Shown in pieces: positions 54,131 to 64,000 of a stretch of 64,000 bases of DNA. The notes beneath the pieces were generated by a model. It made no database searches. It saw only the letters and a list, made by a program, of their open reading frames with translations, and had not been told where the DNA came from. The DNA lies in assembly GCA_013416795.1 (NCBI GenBank), contig RQSC01000018.1, forward strand, positions 193,274 to 257,273, read 5' to 3'. Source of the DNA: Prasinococcaceae sp. CCMP 1430. Taxonomy: Eukaryota; Plantae; Prasinodermophyta. The first letter of the stretch is position 1. Every line of letters starts with the position of its first letter. Both the position numbers and the translations under genes were made by a program.

Positions 54131-55185
54131 TTACGCGCGCTCAGCCTCGGCCTTTGCTCTCGCTGCGCACACGTCGATCCTGTCTAGGAGCCAGTGGTCC
54201 TTGGGCGCGCCCGCTGCCCACTCGCCGAGGCTCGCCTCATCGTCTACATCCACGAGCATCGGCAGCGTCGTCGCGGGCGCCACGGACGCACCCGCGGCGG
54301 CGAGTGCAGCTTCAGTGCGTGCGCGTACCTCGGATGTGCTCCATGGAATGTCCTCGAAGGCCTGCGGCACGCTGCGCCCCCCGAGTGCGAGCAAGTAGTA
54401 CCCACCGTCGGCGGCAGGGCCAATGCAAGCGTCGAAGCCGGGCGGGTGCTCTATGCCGCGCACTGCAGCGACTGCCGCGTTGATGGTGTCAGCGGTCAGG
54501 CCCGGCGCATCGCTGCCGATTGCGACGACGACGGGCACATCCGCCGCCTTTGCGGCGGGCTCGTCGCTCCCGTCCGCCTCCCCGCATGCGAACGCGTCCT
54601 CGAACGCGTGCGACAGCCTGGGTCCGAGGCCGTCCGCTTGGTGCTGCGCGACGACCTCATATTCCCGTGCGAGTGCGCCGCCGCGCAGTGACGCGACAAA
54701 CTTTCTCATCGCCCCTACCTCGCTTGCGTCCGCGACCATCAACGCCTTGCGCGTGAGCGCCGTCACACGCGCGCCCTCAACGAGCGTGTGCTCGAGCATG
54801 CGTGCGTAGAGCGCTGCGGCAGCGCCATCGCCGGCCGTCGCCGCGAGGCGTGTCTTCACCTTGCCCGCGACAGGCAGCCTCGCAAAGACAAGCAGTGACG
54901 TACTTGCCGGCGCTCGCGCCTTCGCAGCCCCCCCATAGCCCGCGTCCGCTTCCTCGGCAGCTTCCTGGGTGGCGCGCAGCAGCGGATGCGCACGGGAGGG
55001 AGGGGCGGTGTTAGAGCGCCTATGCGCCTCGAGGCTGCTCGCCCGTGCGGCCGCGTGCGCGGGCCGGCTGGGCGCGCCGTCACCTCAATGCCGTGCCCTT
55101 GCATTGCCGCCGAGGCCTCATTGATCGACACCGTCGGCAATTGCGTCGCCCTGCGGTACGACTCGCCAGTCCTGTTCGACGCCAT
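54131..55185 (-). CDS. DUF2064 / TIGR04282-type CofC-like transferase; 2 exons (55185-55084, 54964-54131)
   Basis: LVFARLPVAGKVKTRL, Q..GLGPRL..AF, AIGSDAP, GPAADGGYYLL, DIPWST, LVDVDD. Phase-0 GT-AG intron 54965-55083. Confidence 0.85.
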
Positions 55186-55527
55186 CGCGCGCGTGCCAGC
55201 GCGCACCGGCCGCGCGCGGCTGCAGACGCGCGTGAGCGCGCCAGTCGTGGGCCCGCCCACGCACGTGCAAGGTCGCAGGGGTGCGTCGGCAGGCAGCGCT
55301 CCCCAACGAGCGCGCAGAGAAGCTCTCGAGGCTGCGTGCGCACATACACACGCACACGTATGGCGCGAGCGCGGCGCCTTGCCCCGACCTCCGCGGCCGC
55401 AAGGTGTGCTCAGACGCACAGCCGGGAAATCCTCTCGCGGCATTGGCGGCGCCTGCAGCGGACTGCGCGTTGGCGGCAGAGGGTGCTGCGGGGCGACACG
55501 TTCACACGCGTGCGAGACTTTCGATGC

Positions 55528-58500
55528 TTACTCCACGCCAGGGACGTCTACGGCGCCGCGCTCCTTGTCTCCCTCGTCTCCTATCGCCGCCTCGGGCGCG
55601 TCGCTCAGGACTCGCACGAGGGTCTCGAGCATGGCGGTGCCGCCGGCGTCGGCTGCGGTCCGAAAGTCGCACCCCGCGGGCGTCTCCCGTGACCAGTTCA
55701 TGCTGGCGATTGTGATGTCGTCCGGGCAGCCACGATTGGCGCGCCGCACGCTGGCGAGGTAGGCCAAGTGAGCAGCGGCTCCTTTGGCCTTGACGCGCCG
55801 CACCGCTGCGGCAACCTCGGAGTCTTTGGCGACGTCCCAGAGGCCGTCCGACGCGACCACTAGCTGGGCCCAACCCACCGCGGGAGGCAGCCTGCCCAGG
55901 TCGACCTGGCACACGTGTGGCGTGCCCATGACGCAGGCGTGCGCACGCGCATCACCCAGCGAGCGGCTCACGGCGAGGCCCCCGGGGTACACGCGCAGCG
56001 GCCCGACCAGCATGCCCGTGGAGCGCTCCTGTATGCGTCCCACGACAGCCCCGGCGGCCCTGACGCGGCGGACCTCTGACTGCGAGTCTTCCGGGCGATG
56101 GTCCACAGAGAGGCGCACGTGCGCGGGTACGATGCCCTTGAAGAGGCCCGAGACGGCGCTGCCGCACTTCCCCCCGCTGCCTGGCCCAGCGCCCTCGTGC
56201 ACCTCGGGCGTGATCAGTACGCACCTCGAGTCGCCCGCGTTGGCGACTGTGACAACGTCGCCGACAATCACCACCACTGTAGCGGTAGCCCCCGCTTTGA
56301 CGCACGCGGCCTTGATCTCGGCGTCGAGTCGCTCCATGGCAGAGGTCAAAGCCGCGGGAAGAGCTGCCACGAGCGCCCCATCGGTCGTCGGCGACGCGCC
56401 TACTACGGGCGCCAGCGCGTCGAGCAGTGCAACCGGAAGGCGTTGGCGCGCCATCTCGGCTCCCTCGGCGCCACCGTGCCCGTCAAAAACACAGAACAGC
56501 CGCGCGCCCTTGAGCGCGCTCGCCTCGAGCTCTTCGTCGCTGAGGGTGCTGCGCCATTCGAGGTAAGTGCCGCCCACACCGCTTTTGGCCGCGCGCCTCC
56601 CCGAGGGCAGCACCAGCACGCGGTCCTCTCCCTTGGCACACCTGGCGTGCACACGCCAGTCGATCGTCCAGGGGCCATTGACTGGCGTGTCCGTTGAGCG
56701 GCGTGGGTGCGTGAACGAAATCATCTCGTCGCAGCTGCCGGGGGGCGCTGTGAGAGAACCCCCTGTTGCGGCGCTGCTGTGGCCCATGGCGGCCCGCTTG
56801 GCGTCGCATCTCCCCGCTGCCACGGCGCGCCGCAGGCGCAGCCTGGCTCTCGCTCCTCTCGCCGCCAATCTGGCCCAAGCAAGGCGAAGGCGCGCTCCAG
56901 CGAGCTCCCCACTCGTCATACCGGTGGAGACGTACTTGAACACTGGCTTGACGCTGGTCAGCAGGTTCGCGGGATTGTCCTCGATCCCGTCCCCTGTGTC
57001 GCGCGCCGCGCCCCCACGCGCCGAGCCCTCCCTTGCGAGCGAGTGCAGGTTCATCAGGAGCGCAACGATGTCCTCGCGCTCCATGATGCCGACGCGCTCT
57101 GTTGCACTCTCGAGCTCTTCATTCCCGGCTGCGCTGGCGGCGGCTCCTTGGCCTGGCGCGGTGTCCATGCCGCCAGAGCTGGGGGGCGCGCTCGCGAGCC
57201 AATCGACCGCCCAGAAGTAGCCCCCGACCACACCCATCGCCGTCACCAGCACCACTAGTGCTAGCGCCAGCCCCCCGAGGGCGCGCCACCCTACCGCGCT
57301 CGTCGCGTTTGCAGCGCCCGCGCCGTACACGACCCCCAAAAGCCCATTGTCGGTGACGGTGACCCCAAAGATCAAGCCTACGAGCGCACCCACACCGTGC
57401 ACGGCGATGGTGTTGAGTGCATCATCGATGCGCACGTTGGCGAGCGCGAGAGTGGCGGCCACGAAGCCCAGCCCTGCACAGGCTCCAATGAGCGCGGCCA
57501 CATGCAGGTCCACGGTGCCGGCGACTGCAGTGGCCGCCGCAGCGCCTGCGAGTGCCCCGCGCACGGCCGTGTAAGGCGCTAACACGCCGAAGCCTCGTCC
57601 GCGGTGCCACGAGACCACGGACACGGCGGCGCACGCTACAAGCGCGCCCGTGGCGGGCGCCATGACCAGCGCGGCTGTTGCGGCGCCGACAACGTCCGCA
57701 GAGCCCATTGTACCGCCTGCGACGAGAGCCCACGGTACCGCGAGCGCACCGCTCAGCAGCAAGCCCACGAGCAGCACGAGCGCGCTCACCCCACCGAGGC
57801 CGTCATTCGAGCCCTCGAGGCCGCTCGCAGGAGCGTCTTCATCACCGGTGCCCCTGGGCGCCTCTTCCTTCGAGGCGGCCGGCCTTGCAAAGCGCCGCCG
57901 GCCGCGCATGTCGCGGCGCGATCCACGCACCAGTGCCATCGCCAGCACGGCCGACCCCGCGGCGAGGTGGGTGCATGCCGCACCCCCTACGTCGAGCGCG
58001 CCCGTGGCTGCCAGCCCCCCCCCGCCACTTGCGCCGGGGGCGAGCGCGCCCCCGTGGGACCATGCGACGCGCATCGCCACAGGGCTCACCACGCCACCGA
58101 TGAGCGCGCCCAGCGAGGCGCTCGAGAGCATGGTGGGCGCGCGGTCCCCCGCCCCGGCAGACGCGACTGCCGCTGCCAACGCCGCCAACGCGGCCAGGTG
58201 CGCGCGCGCCAGCTCCATTTCGCCGCCCCCGCCTTCGATCGCACCGAGCCCCGTGGCGCCTCCCGCAGCAACCTGAGCTGCTTCACCCGCTACGCGCCAA
58301 CCCCACGCTGCGAAAGCGACCACGGCCGCAACGATGGCCACGACCGCGCGCCCTGCCTGCGCACCCGCGCCGCCCCCCGCCTGCACGCTGCCCGCGGCGC
58401 CCCCTCCGGCGCCGCACCCCCTCTGCCTTTGCTGCCGACGGCGGCCGTTGCGGAGGCGGCTCTGCGAGCCCAGGCGCTGGCTCTGGCGCCGCAGCCGCCG

Positions 58501-58588
58501 CAGCGGCGTGCTCTTCACCGTGACCTCCCGGAGCAGGAGGAAAGCGCGCGCCCGCCGCGCCCCGGGGAACGCAGCACAGACCCCTCAT
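55528..58588 (-). CDS. Ammonium-transporter (Amt) domain fused to a C-terminal PP2C phosphatase; start tentative (ATG 58588 via a short intron, or ATG 58218)
   Basis: Single open frame 58518-55528. The Amt part has RVAWSHGG, LDVGGAACTH, GALAGAAAAT and IDDALNTIAVHGVG. The PP2C part has GEDR, VFDGHGG, GATATV, ANAGDSR, SVDHRP, GLAVSRSLGD, ASDGLWD and DDITI. Confidence 0.88.
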
Positions 58589-58754
58589 CCGGGCGGGGCC
58601 GGGACGGCGCCGCGCCGCTCGGCCAACCGAACCGAATCGAACCAACCAGAAACGAGCAGCCCCTCTCGCAACTCAAGCACAGTCGTATCCTCGCGCCCAT
58701 ATGCGCCGCACGGCACGGTCGGACGGCCGAACCGTACGTGGGTACATTCAGTTA

Positions 58755-58786
58755 AACTGACTGTGTGGGTTCAACTGACTGTGTGG
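58755..58786. promoter_or_regulatory. 14-nt direct repeat AACTGACTGTGTGG (period 18) in the divergent AMT promoter
   Basis: Copies at 58755-58768 and 58773-58786, next to CCGTAC and GGTAC cores (about 58733-58745). Confidence 0.45.
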
Positions 58787-59236
58787 TCGGGCTCTCCCGT
58801 TCCAAAAGGCGCAGCCCACATGATGGGGCCTGTTCCCCGGCGGACCTCTCGCGAGGGGGCACCGGGCCAGGTCAGCGGCAGGTGCGCGCGGTCCCTCCAC
58901 CGCGGGGCGCCCGTGCGGGGCCTCGGGCGCCCGCGCGCATGCTCTGCACGCAGCATTCGGTTGGTCAACGCGCGGGGGCGCTGGGGCTCGGGTTGCGGCC
59001 CGGCAAATAATACGACGCCGCGGTGGCCCCACTCGCGGTGCCGCGCCACTTTGCGCCCCCGCCGCACCGCCACCCTGCGCCGCAGAGGCGCAGAGGCGGC
59101 AGCGGCGGTCGCTGCCGGGGGGAGGGGTCTGCGCGAAAGCTGCAGGGCAGAGCGGCGGCTCGTGCGAGGCGCGTTCACGAGCGCGCGCGCCCACTGCTGG
59201 CGGGGCGGGGTGGTGGGACGCGCGCGGGCAGCGGCG

Positions 59237-61042
59237 ATGGCAGGCGAGCTTGACGTGCTGGCGGCGCGCGTGACCGAGGCGGAGCGCGCCGCCAATGCCC
59301 TCTTCATGGCGACGGGGGTCGCGCTCGTGATGCTGATGCAGGCGGGCTTCGGCGCGCTGGAGGTGGGGGCGGTGCGTACCAAGAACACGCGCTCACTGAT
59401 GCTCAAGAACGTGATTGACTTCAGCGTCGGCACGATCATGTTCTGGCTGGTGGGGTACGGCGTGGCCTTCCCCGGCGCGGGCGCACGCGGCTTTGCGCTG
59501 CGCGGCAACGTTGCCGAGGTCGCGGGGGAGGGTGCGGGCGTCGCGGGCGAGGGCTCCTTCCTGCACTTCGCGCTCCTGCTTGCCTACGCGAGCACGAGCA
59601 CCACCATCGTGTCGGGCGCGCTCGCGGAGCGCACTCGTCTGAGCTCCTACGTGGTCTTCGCGGCACTGGCCTTTCCTTTTATGTCGGGTTTGCCGATGCG
59701 GTGGACGTGGGGCCACGAGGGGTGGCTGAATGCGGCGGCGCGCGACGGGGGCGGGGCGGCGCCGCAGCCGCAGCTACTCGACGTGGGTGTGGTCGACTTC
59801 GCGGGCAGCGGCGTCGTCCACATGGTGGGCGGCGTCGCGGCGGGCGTGGGCTCGTGGATGGTGGGCCCGCGACTCGACGAACGTGGGGTGGCACGCTTCG
59901 CAGAAGGCTGTCGCGAGGGCGACTTCATGCCTCACGCGCCCGCCTTAAGCACACTCGGCGCGCTGATCCTGTGGTTTTGCTGGTACGCCTTCAATGCCGC
60001 GTCCGCGCTTGGCGTGGTGGGCAGCGTGTCCGTGGTGGCTCGCGTGGTCGTGACCACCACCCTGGCGGCGGCGGCCTCAGGCTGCTCAGGCTTTGTCGCC
60101 TTCCTGGTCTTGCCCGCGCAAGTGCAACCCTTCGAGATGATCAATTGCCTGCTTGCCGGTCTCGTGGCGGTCACAGCGGGTTGCCCGGTGCTGAGCAACT
60201 GGGCGGCAGTCGTGGTGGGCGTGCTAGCGGCCGCTGTGTACTTGGGCTCCTCACGCCTCGCGCGCCGCATGGGCGTGGATGACCCCGTGGACGCCGCTGC
60301 GCTCCACGGCTGCTGCGGCGCGCTGGGAGTGCTAATGGCAGGATTGCTTGCGGACGCCGAGCTGCTGGAGTCGACCTACGGCGCTGGTGCGGGGCGTGCT
60401 GGCGCTTACGGCGTGCTCCTCGGCGGCGGGTGGCGACGGATGGGTGCGCAGGTGGTGGGCGTGTGTGTGTATGGCGCGTGGGGGCTGGCGCTCAGCCTCG
60501 TACTATTCGGCGCGCTCAAGCGCTCGCGTATCGTGTGGTGGGCACGCATGAAGAAAGCCGAACAGGACGGCCTCGACCTGTCGCTGTTCACGCGCGAGGA
60601 GCTGGTGGAGCGCTTCGGGAACGGCCTGCGCGTGTGCGCGCACGAGGAAATGAGCGGCATCGACGTGAGCTACCACGACGGGCTGGCGTACCCGCCGTAT
60701 CTCACGCCCTTCATCGACAGCATCAATGTGCTGCGCGAGCTGCAGCTGGCCTCGATGTGGGGCACCCTTCCCATACCACCGAGCGCCCCGGGCGAAGAGA
60801 GCGGCAGAGACGGCAGCGAGGACGCCGACGACTCGTCCGCCAGGGGTCAGGCGGGGTCGACGGGCTTCGACCTGCTTCTTCGCCCCCGCGTGACCGACTC
60901 CAACAGGCAGCCCCTCGCAGCACGCGGCGCAGCGTACAAGCCCGACATGCGCCGCCGCTGGGGGAAGGGGGTGGCGGCCCCGCTCGCCGCGCCCACCGCC
61001 GCGGACGGTGCGCTCGCGCGCAAGACCGACGAGTCGCCGTGA
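59237..61042 (+). CDS. AMT1: Ammonium transporter, AMT1 type
   Basis: MQAGFGALEVGAVR.KN, TIVSGALAER, DFAGSGVVHMVGG, LILWFCWYAFN, LAGLVAVTAGC, DDPVDAAALHG, LRV..EEMSGIDVSYH. Confidence 0.94.
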   Translation: MAGELDVLAARVTEAERAANALFMATGVALVMLMQAGFGALEVGAVRTKNTRSLMLKNVIDFSVGTIMFWLVGYGVAFPGAGARGFALRGNVAEVAGEGAGVAGEGSFLHFALLLAYASTSTTIVSGALAERTRLSSYVVFAALAFPFMSGLPMRWTWGHEGWLNAAARDGGGAAPQPQLLDVGVVDFAGSGVVHMVGGVAAGVGSWMVGPRLDERGVARFAEGCREGDFMPHAPALSTLGALILWFCWYAFNAASALGVVGSVSVVARVVVTTTLAAAASGCSGFVAFLVLPAQVQPFEMINCLLAGLVAVTAGCPVLSNWAAVVVGVLAAAVYLGSSRLARRMGVDDPVDAAALHGCCGALGVLMAGLLADAELLESTYGAGAGRAGAYGVLLGGGWRRMGAQVVGVCVYGAWGLALSLVLFGALKRSRIVWWARMKKAEQDGLDLSLFTREELVERFGNGLRVCAHEEMSGIDVSYHDGLAYPPYLTPFIDSINVLRELQLASMWGTLPIPPSAPGEESGRDGSEDADDSSARGQAGSTGFDLLLRPRVTDSNRQPLAARGAAYKPDMRRRWGKGVAAPLAAPTAADGALARKTDESP

Positions 61043-62063
61043 GCCCGCACTCGCCGCGCCGCCGCGCGGCGCCAGCGGCCGCGGCGCCACCCCCTCCCAG
61101 TGGGACTCCGAGGGGGGGCGTACCCATGATCCCTTCGGGGGGCCGCCGACCGCGCACTGCGAACCCCACCGCGACGTGATCCGGTGACGTCATGTGCCTC
61201 GCCAGTCACTGAAGACCCGGCCGGCGGGGCTGCGGCGCTCCCATCAAAACGCATGGCGGTGGTGCGCGCGCGCGCGAAGTGCGCGACATTGAGTTGCGAG
61301 CGTACCTTTCGACACGATACGCAACTTCGCCAGCTTGCACCGACGGCAACATCTGTCGCGAGGTGCGCTGTGCGCAATCCGCCGAGACGTAGCACCACGG
61401 GAGAGCGTGCAGCTGCCGTCATGGTAATCGACTAATTGTCTGGCGCTCTCGACGTTGCGTGTGTTAGTGCGTGCGTGCCGACGTGGGCGGATCTGGGCCG
61501 CGCGAGCCCAGATTCGCTGAGGATTTTGCTCCTCCTGTCGGCGCCGACAGGACGCACGACTGGCGCCGTCGGTGGGTGGGTGTGGTCGGGGTGGGGGGCT
61601 GCGGCGAGGCCCGGGCGCGCGATGCGGCGCGCGCTCCCAGGGCAGGCGTGCGCAATTTTCCCGGCGGCGTTCGGATCATCCCATCACATTCTAATGCGAG
61701 GTGCCCCCTCGGGCGGACCCGAAAGCGCCCGAGACGTAACGTGAGCAGCATCACTGCGCACATGGGTGGCTCTGGGTTTTAGTGCGACAGCGGTGGGCCG
61801 TCGCGGCCACACGTGCGGACGCTCACCGCTTGGCTGGCGCCGGCTGGGCCGCGAACACGGATGCAATCGGGGCGCAATCGGCCGCGCGGCGGGCTCACTC
61901 CCCCGCGGCCACCCGATGGGGCGCGGAGACGGCCGCGGGCTTGCGGAGTGCGCGGCGGCGGTGGCGGCACGCGCGCCACGGCGCGGGCGGCGGCACGAGC
62001 GTTTGGTTAGGGCAAGCCAGCGGCCGGCCGGCCGCGCCTCGAACGCGCGCGCGCGCGGCGTAC

Positions 62064-62189
62064 GTATCGCAGGAGCACGTCGGCGAGGCACCCGAGCCCC
62101 GAGCCCTGGGCCTTCTCCACCTCCATCTGCGCCATGATCTGCGCCACCACCTTGCGCGCGATCGCCTCGGTGTACCCCTCGAGCGTCAT
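62064..62189 (-). CDS. Bromodomain-associated (Bromo_TP, TAF8/TAF3-like) histone-fold first exon; downstream exons not resolved
   Basis: MTLEGYTEAIARKVVAQIMAQMEVEKAQGSGLGCLADVLLRY followed by a GTACGC donor at 62063. Confidence 0.6.
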
Positions 62190-62808
62190 CGCACGCCGCG
62201 GGGAGCTCCCCCGCGCGCGCGCTCTGCCCCCCCACCCCCACCCGCACCCCGCTGCCGGGCGTGCTCGCGCACGCTTCGTGCGCCGGCGTTTCGCGCTCTC
62301 GGCGAGCGATACCAGCGGGGGACGCAAAGAAGTATCGAAGCACTGCGGCGAGACCAGAGCGGGTGCGCCGCGCGTCGGGAGCGGCGCGCGCCAGTGGCCG
62401 CGGTGGCGGGCGAGGCCCCCCCGCTCCCCCCCCTCCCAAACTCACCCACCTCCGTGCCTCGCAATGCTGCTGCCGGCGACCCCGGCGGCCGGCGCGGCGC
62501 CGGCGCGAGGTGCGCAAAATTGGGCAGCGCGCGCGTGCCCGGCGCGAGCCCCGGAGGCGTGTTCGCTGAACACATCAAATTCCCATGCGCACGACAAAAA
62601 GGCCCGCACCGCGCGACGGTTGCCCGATCCGCCCGTTTCGGTACGTGCGGATGTCAGCCGCACGGACGCGGCGGGGGGGTCCGCGCGCATTCGGCGGGGC
62701 GGCCGAGGCGTGCCACAGTGCACACGTAGCCACAGCCCGCGCATCCCCTCGCCTCACAACTGCCACGGTGTACACACGCAGGGCACACAAGCGACACTCG
62801 CGGTCATC

Positions 62809-63909
62809 ATGGGGCGCACGTCTGTCGCGACAGGCATGATCGGCATGGCGATGCTCTCGACGACCGGCACCAGCACTGCCCGTTCGCTCCTCGCGGTTGC
62901 TCCGAGCACGGCGGCTACCAATGGCAACCAGACGGCAGTAGCGGTCGCCGAGGCGGCGCTGTCGAGCGAGCACGGCAGCTCGCTCATGGGCACCAACGTG
63001 TGCGAGGGCAAGAAGCCACTCCACGCCGACGCCAACGCACAGGACGAGTACTTCAAGAACGTCGACTGCTTCGTCGACACCGTCATCCAGACGCTGGAGC
63101 AGGCCGGAGCCAATGTCACCGAGGGGTACAACGGCGAGCTCGACGTGGGCGACCGCGTGCCTATCACCGAGCCGTACTGGAAGGCGGGCCTGTGTCCGGT
63201 GAATGTGCACTGGCACTACGGCGCCGAGCACCTGTCGGTCGGTGAGTACGACGAGGCCGGCAAGGGACCCAAGCCCATCGTGGACGACTCCACCCCCACC
63301 AACACCACCATTCTTTCAAAGGCAGGCGATGAGGACGTGCGCGAGGGCTTCCAGTGCCACCTTTACAACGAAAGTGAGAGCAGGTTCACCGCCGAGTACG
63401 ACTGGAAGCACTGTGTGGGCATGCGCGTGGGGAAGACGTACGAGGTCCACTGGCCTCACAGCGCGGCGGGCGCCTGCGGCACGCCCAACCAGTACCAGAC
63501 CCCTTTCTACGACGGCGTCTTCTGCACCGACGGCGTCATCTCGCTTGACCCGCTCAACACGTACCAGAAGATCGGCGTGCAGTCGCAGGTGTACACCATC
63601 GTCAACGACGAGACGTACTACTACCCCGACCTGATCCGCGGCATGATCGTAGACGGCGACTACGGCACGGACGTTGCTATGTACACCGGTTCGACGACCG
63701 GCACGACGCGCGACAACGAGGTCTGCTCTCGCTTCACGCCGATCACCTGGCAGGTGGACCGCAAGTGTCACCTCATCTCGGCGTCGTCGTTCGATAAGAT
63801 GTGCGCGGACATGAAGGCACAGCGTGACGACATGAGCAGTGATTTGTACGCCCACGGCTCTCGCGAGCTGGTGGCTGACGAGCTGGCGGCGAACAACCAT
63901 CAGGGTTAG
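62809..63909 (+). CDS. Delta-class carbonic anhydrase (TWCA1-like), hydrophobic leader; probable 5'UTR intron 62641-62781
   Basis: LCPVNVHWHYGAEH, YEVHWPHSAAGAC, IGVQSQV, YTGSTTG, ITWQVDRKC. Confidence 0.9.
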   Translation: MGRTSVATGMIGMAMLSTTGTSTARSLLAVAPSTAATNGNQTAVAVAEAALSSEHGSSLMGTNVCEGKKPLHADANAQDEYFKNVDCFVDTVIQTLEQAGANVTEGYNGELDVGDRVPITEPYWKAGLCPVNVHWHYGAEHLSVGEYDEAGKGPKPIVDDSTPTNTTILSKAGDEDVREGFQCHLYNESESRFTAEYDWKHCVGMRVGKTYEVHWPHSAAGACGTPNQYQTPFYDGVFCTDGVISLDPLNTYQKIGVQSQVYTIVNDETYYYPDLIRGMIVDGDYGTDVAMYTGSTTGTTRDNEVCSRFTPITWQVDRKCHLISASSFDKMCADMKAQRDDMSSDLYAHGSRELVADELAANNHQG

Positions 63910-64000
63910 TCTCTCCGGCAAGAGGACGCACCACCGACGACTGTGCACGTGGAGCCCCCGTGGCGTTCCACTTGTCCTTTTTGATGAGTTCTGTAGAGTA

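Noticed and set aside
5384-62781. Introner-like repeated introns
   Set aside because: The introns share GTRCGN donors and CTGAC branch points, but I saw no internal sequence similarity between them by eye.

Overview
Eukaryotic nuclear DNA, very GC-rich, gene-dense, with short GT-AG introns (donors mostly GTRCGN, CTGAC/CTAAC branch points). The gene content (LSD1 zinc fingers, FHA-PP2C KAPP-like, plant-type GCP2 and PUM24, system III heme lyase, eEF3, delta-carbonic anhydrase) points to an early-branching green alga (prasinophyte/prasinodermophyte-like); this taxonomy is inference. About 28 protein-coding genes can be supported, mostly in divergent or convergent pairs: KAPP-like, TPR-DnaJ, RAD50, FANCE-like, eEF3, POLD4-like, ankyrin-FabD, a repeat protein, HCCS, a UBA-like protein, RBMX2, GCP2, bL9, DDX6, RPL3, PSAT, a GIY-YIG protein, LSD1, apyrase, RBM45-like, a TYW3-TYW2-TYW5 fusion, PUM24, DUF2064, an AMT-PP2C fusion, AMT1, a Bromo_TP exon and delta-CA. 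I found no rRNA, tRNA, CRISPR array or transposase. The assembly has N-gaps (1304, about 32584-32605, about 27005, 39992-40578) and several short exact duplications that could be artefacts. The standout is an ammonium-transporter domain fused in one ORF to an apparently intact PP2C phosphatase. It sits head-to-head with a canonical AMT1 that keeps the regulatory C-terminal phospho-site, suggesting an ammonium transceptor/regulator pair. All family calls come from motif recognition by eye; no database searches were run.
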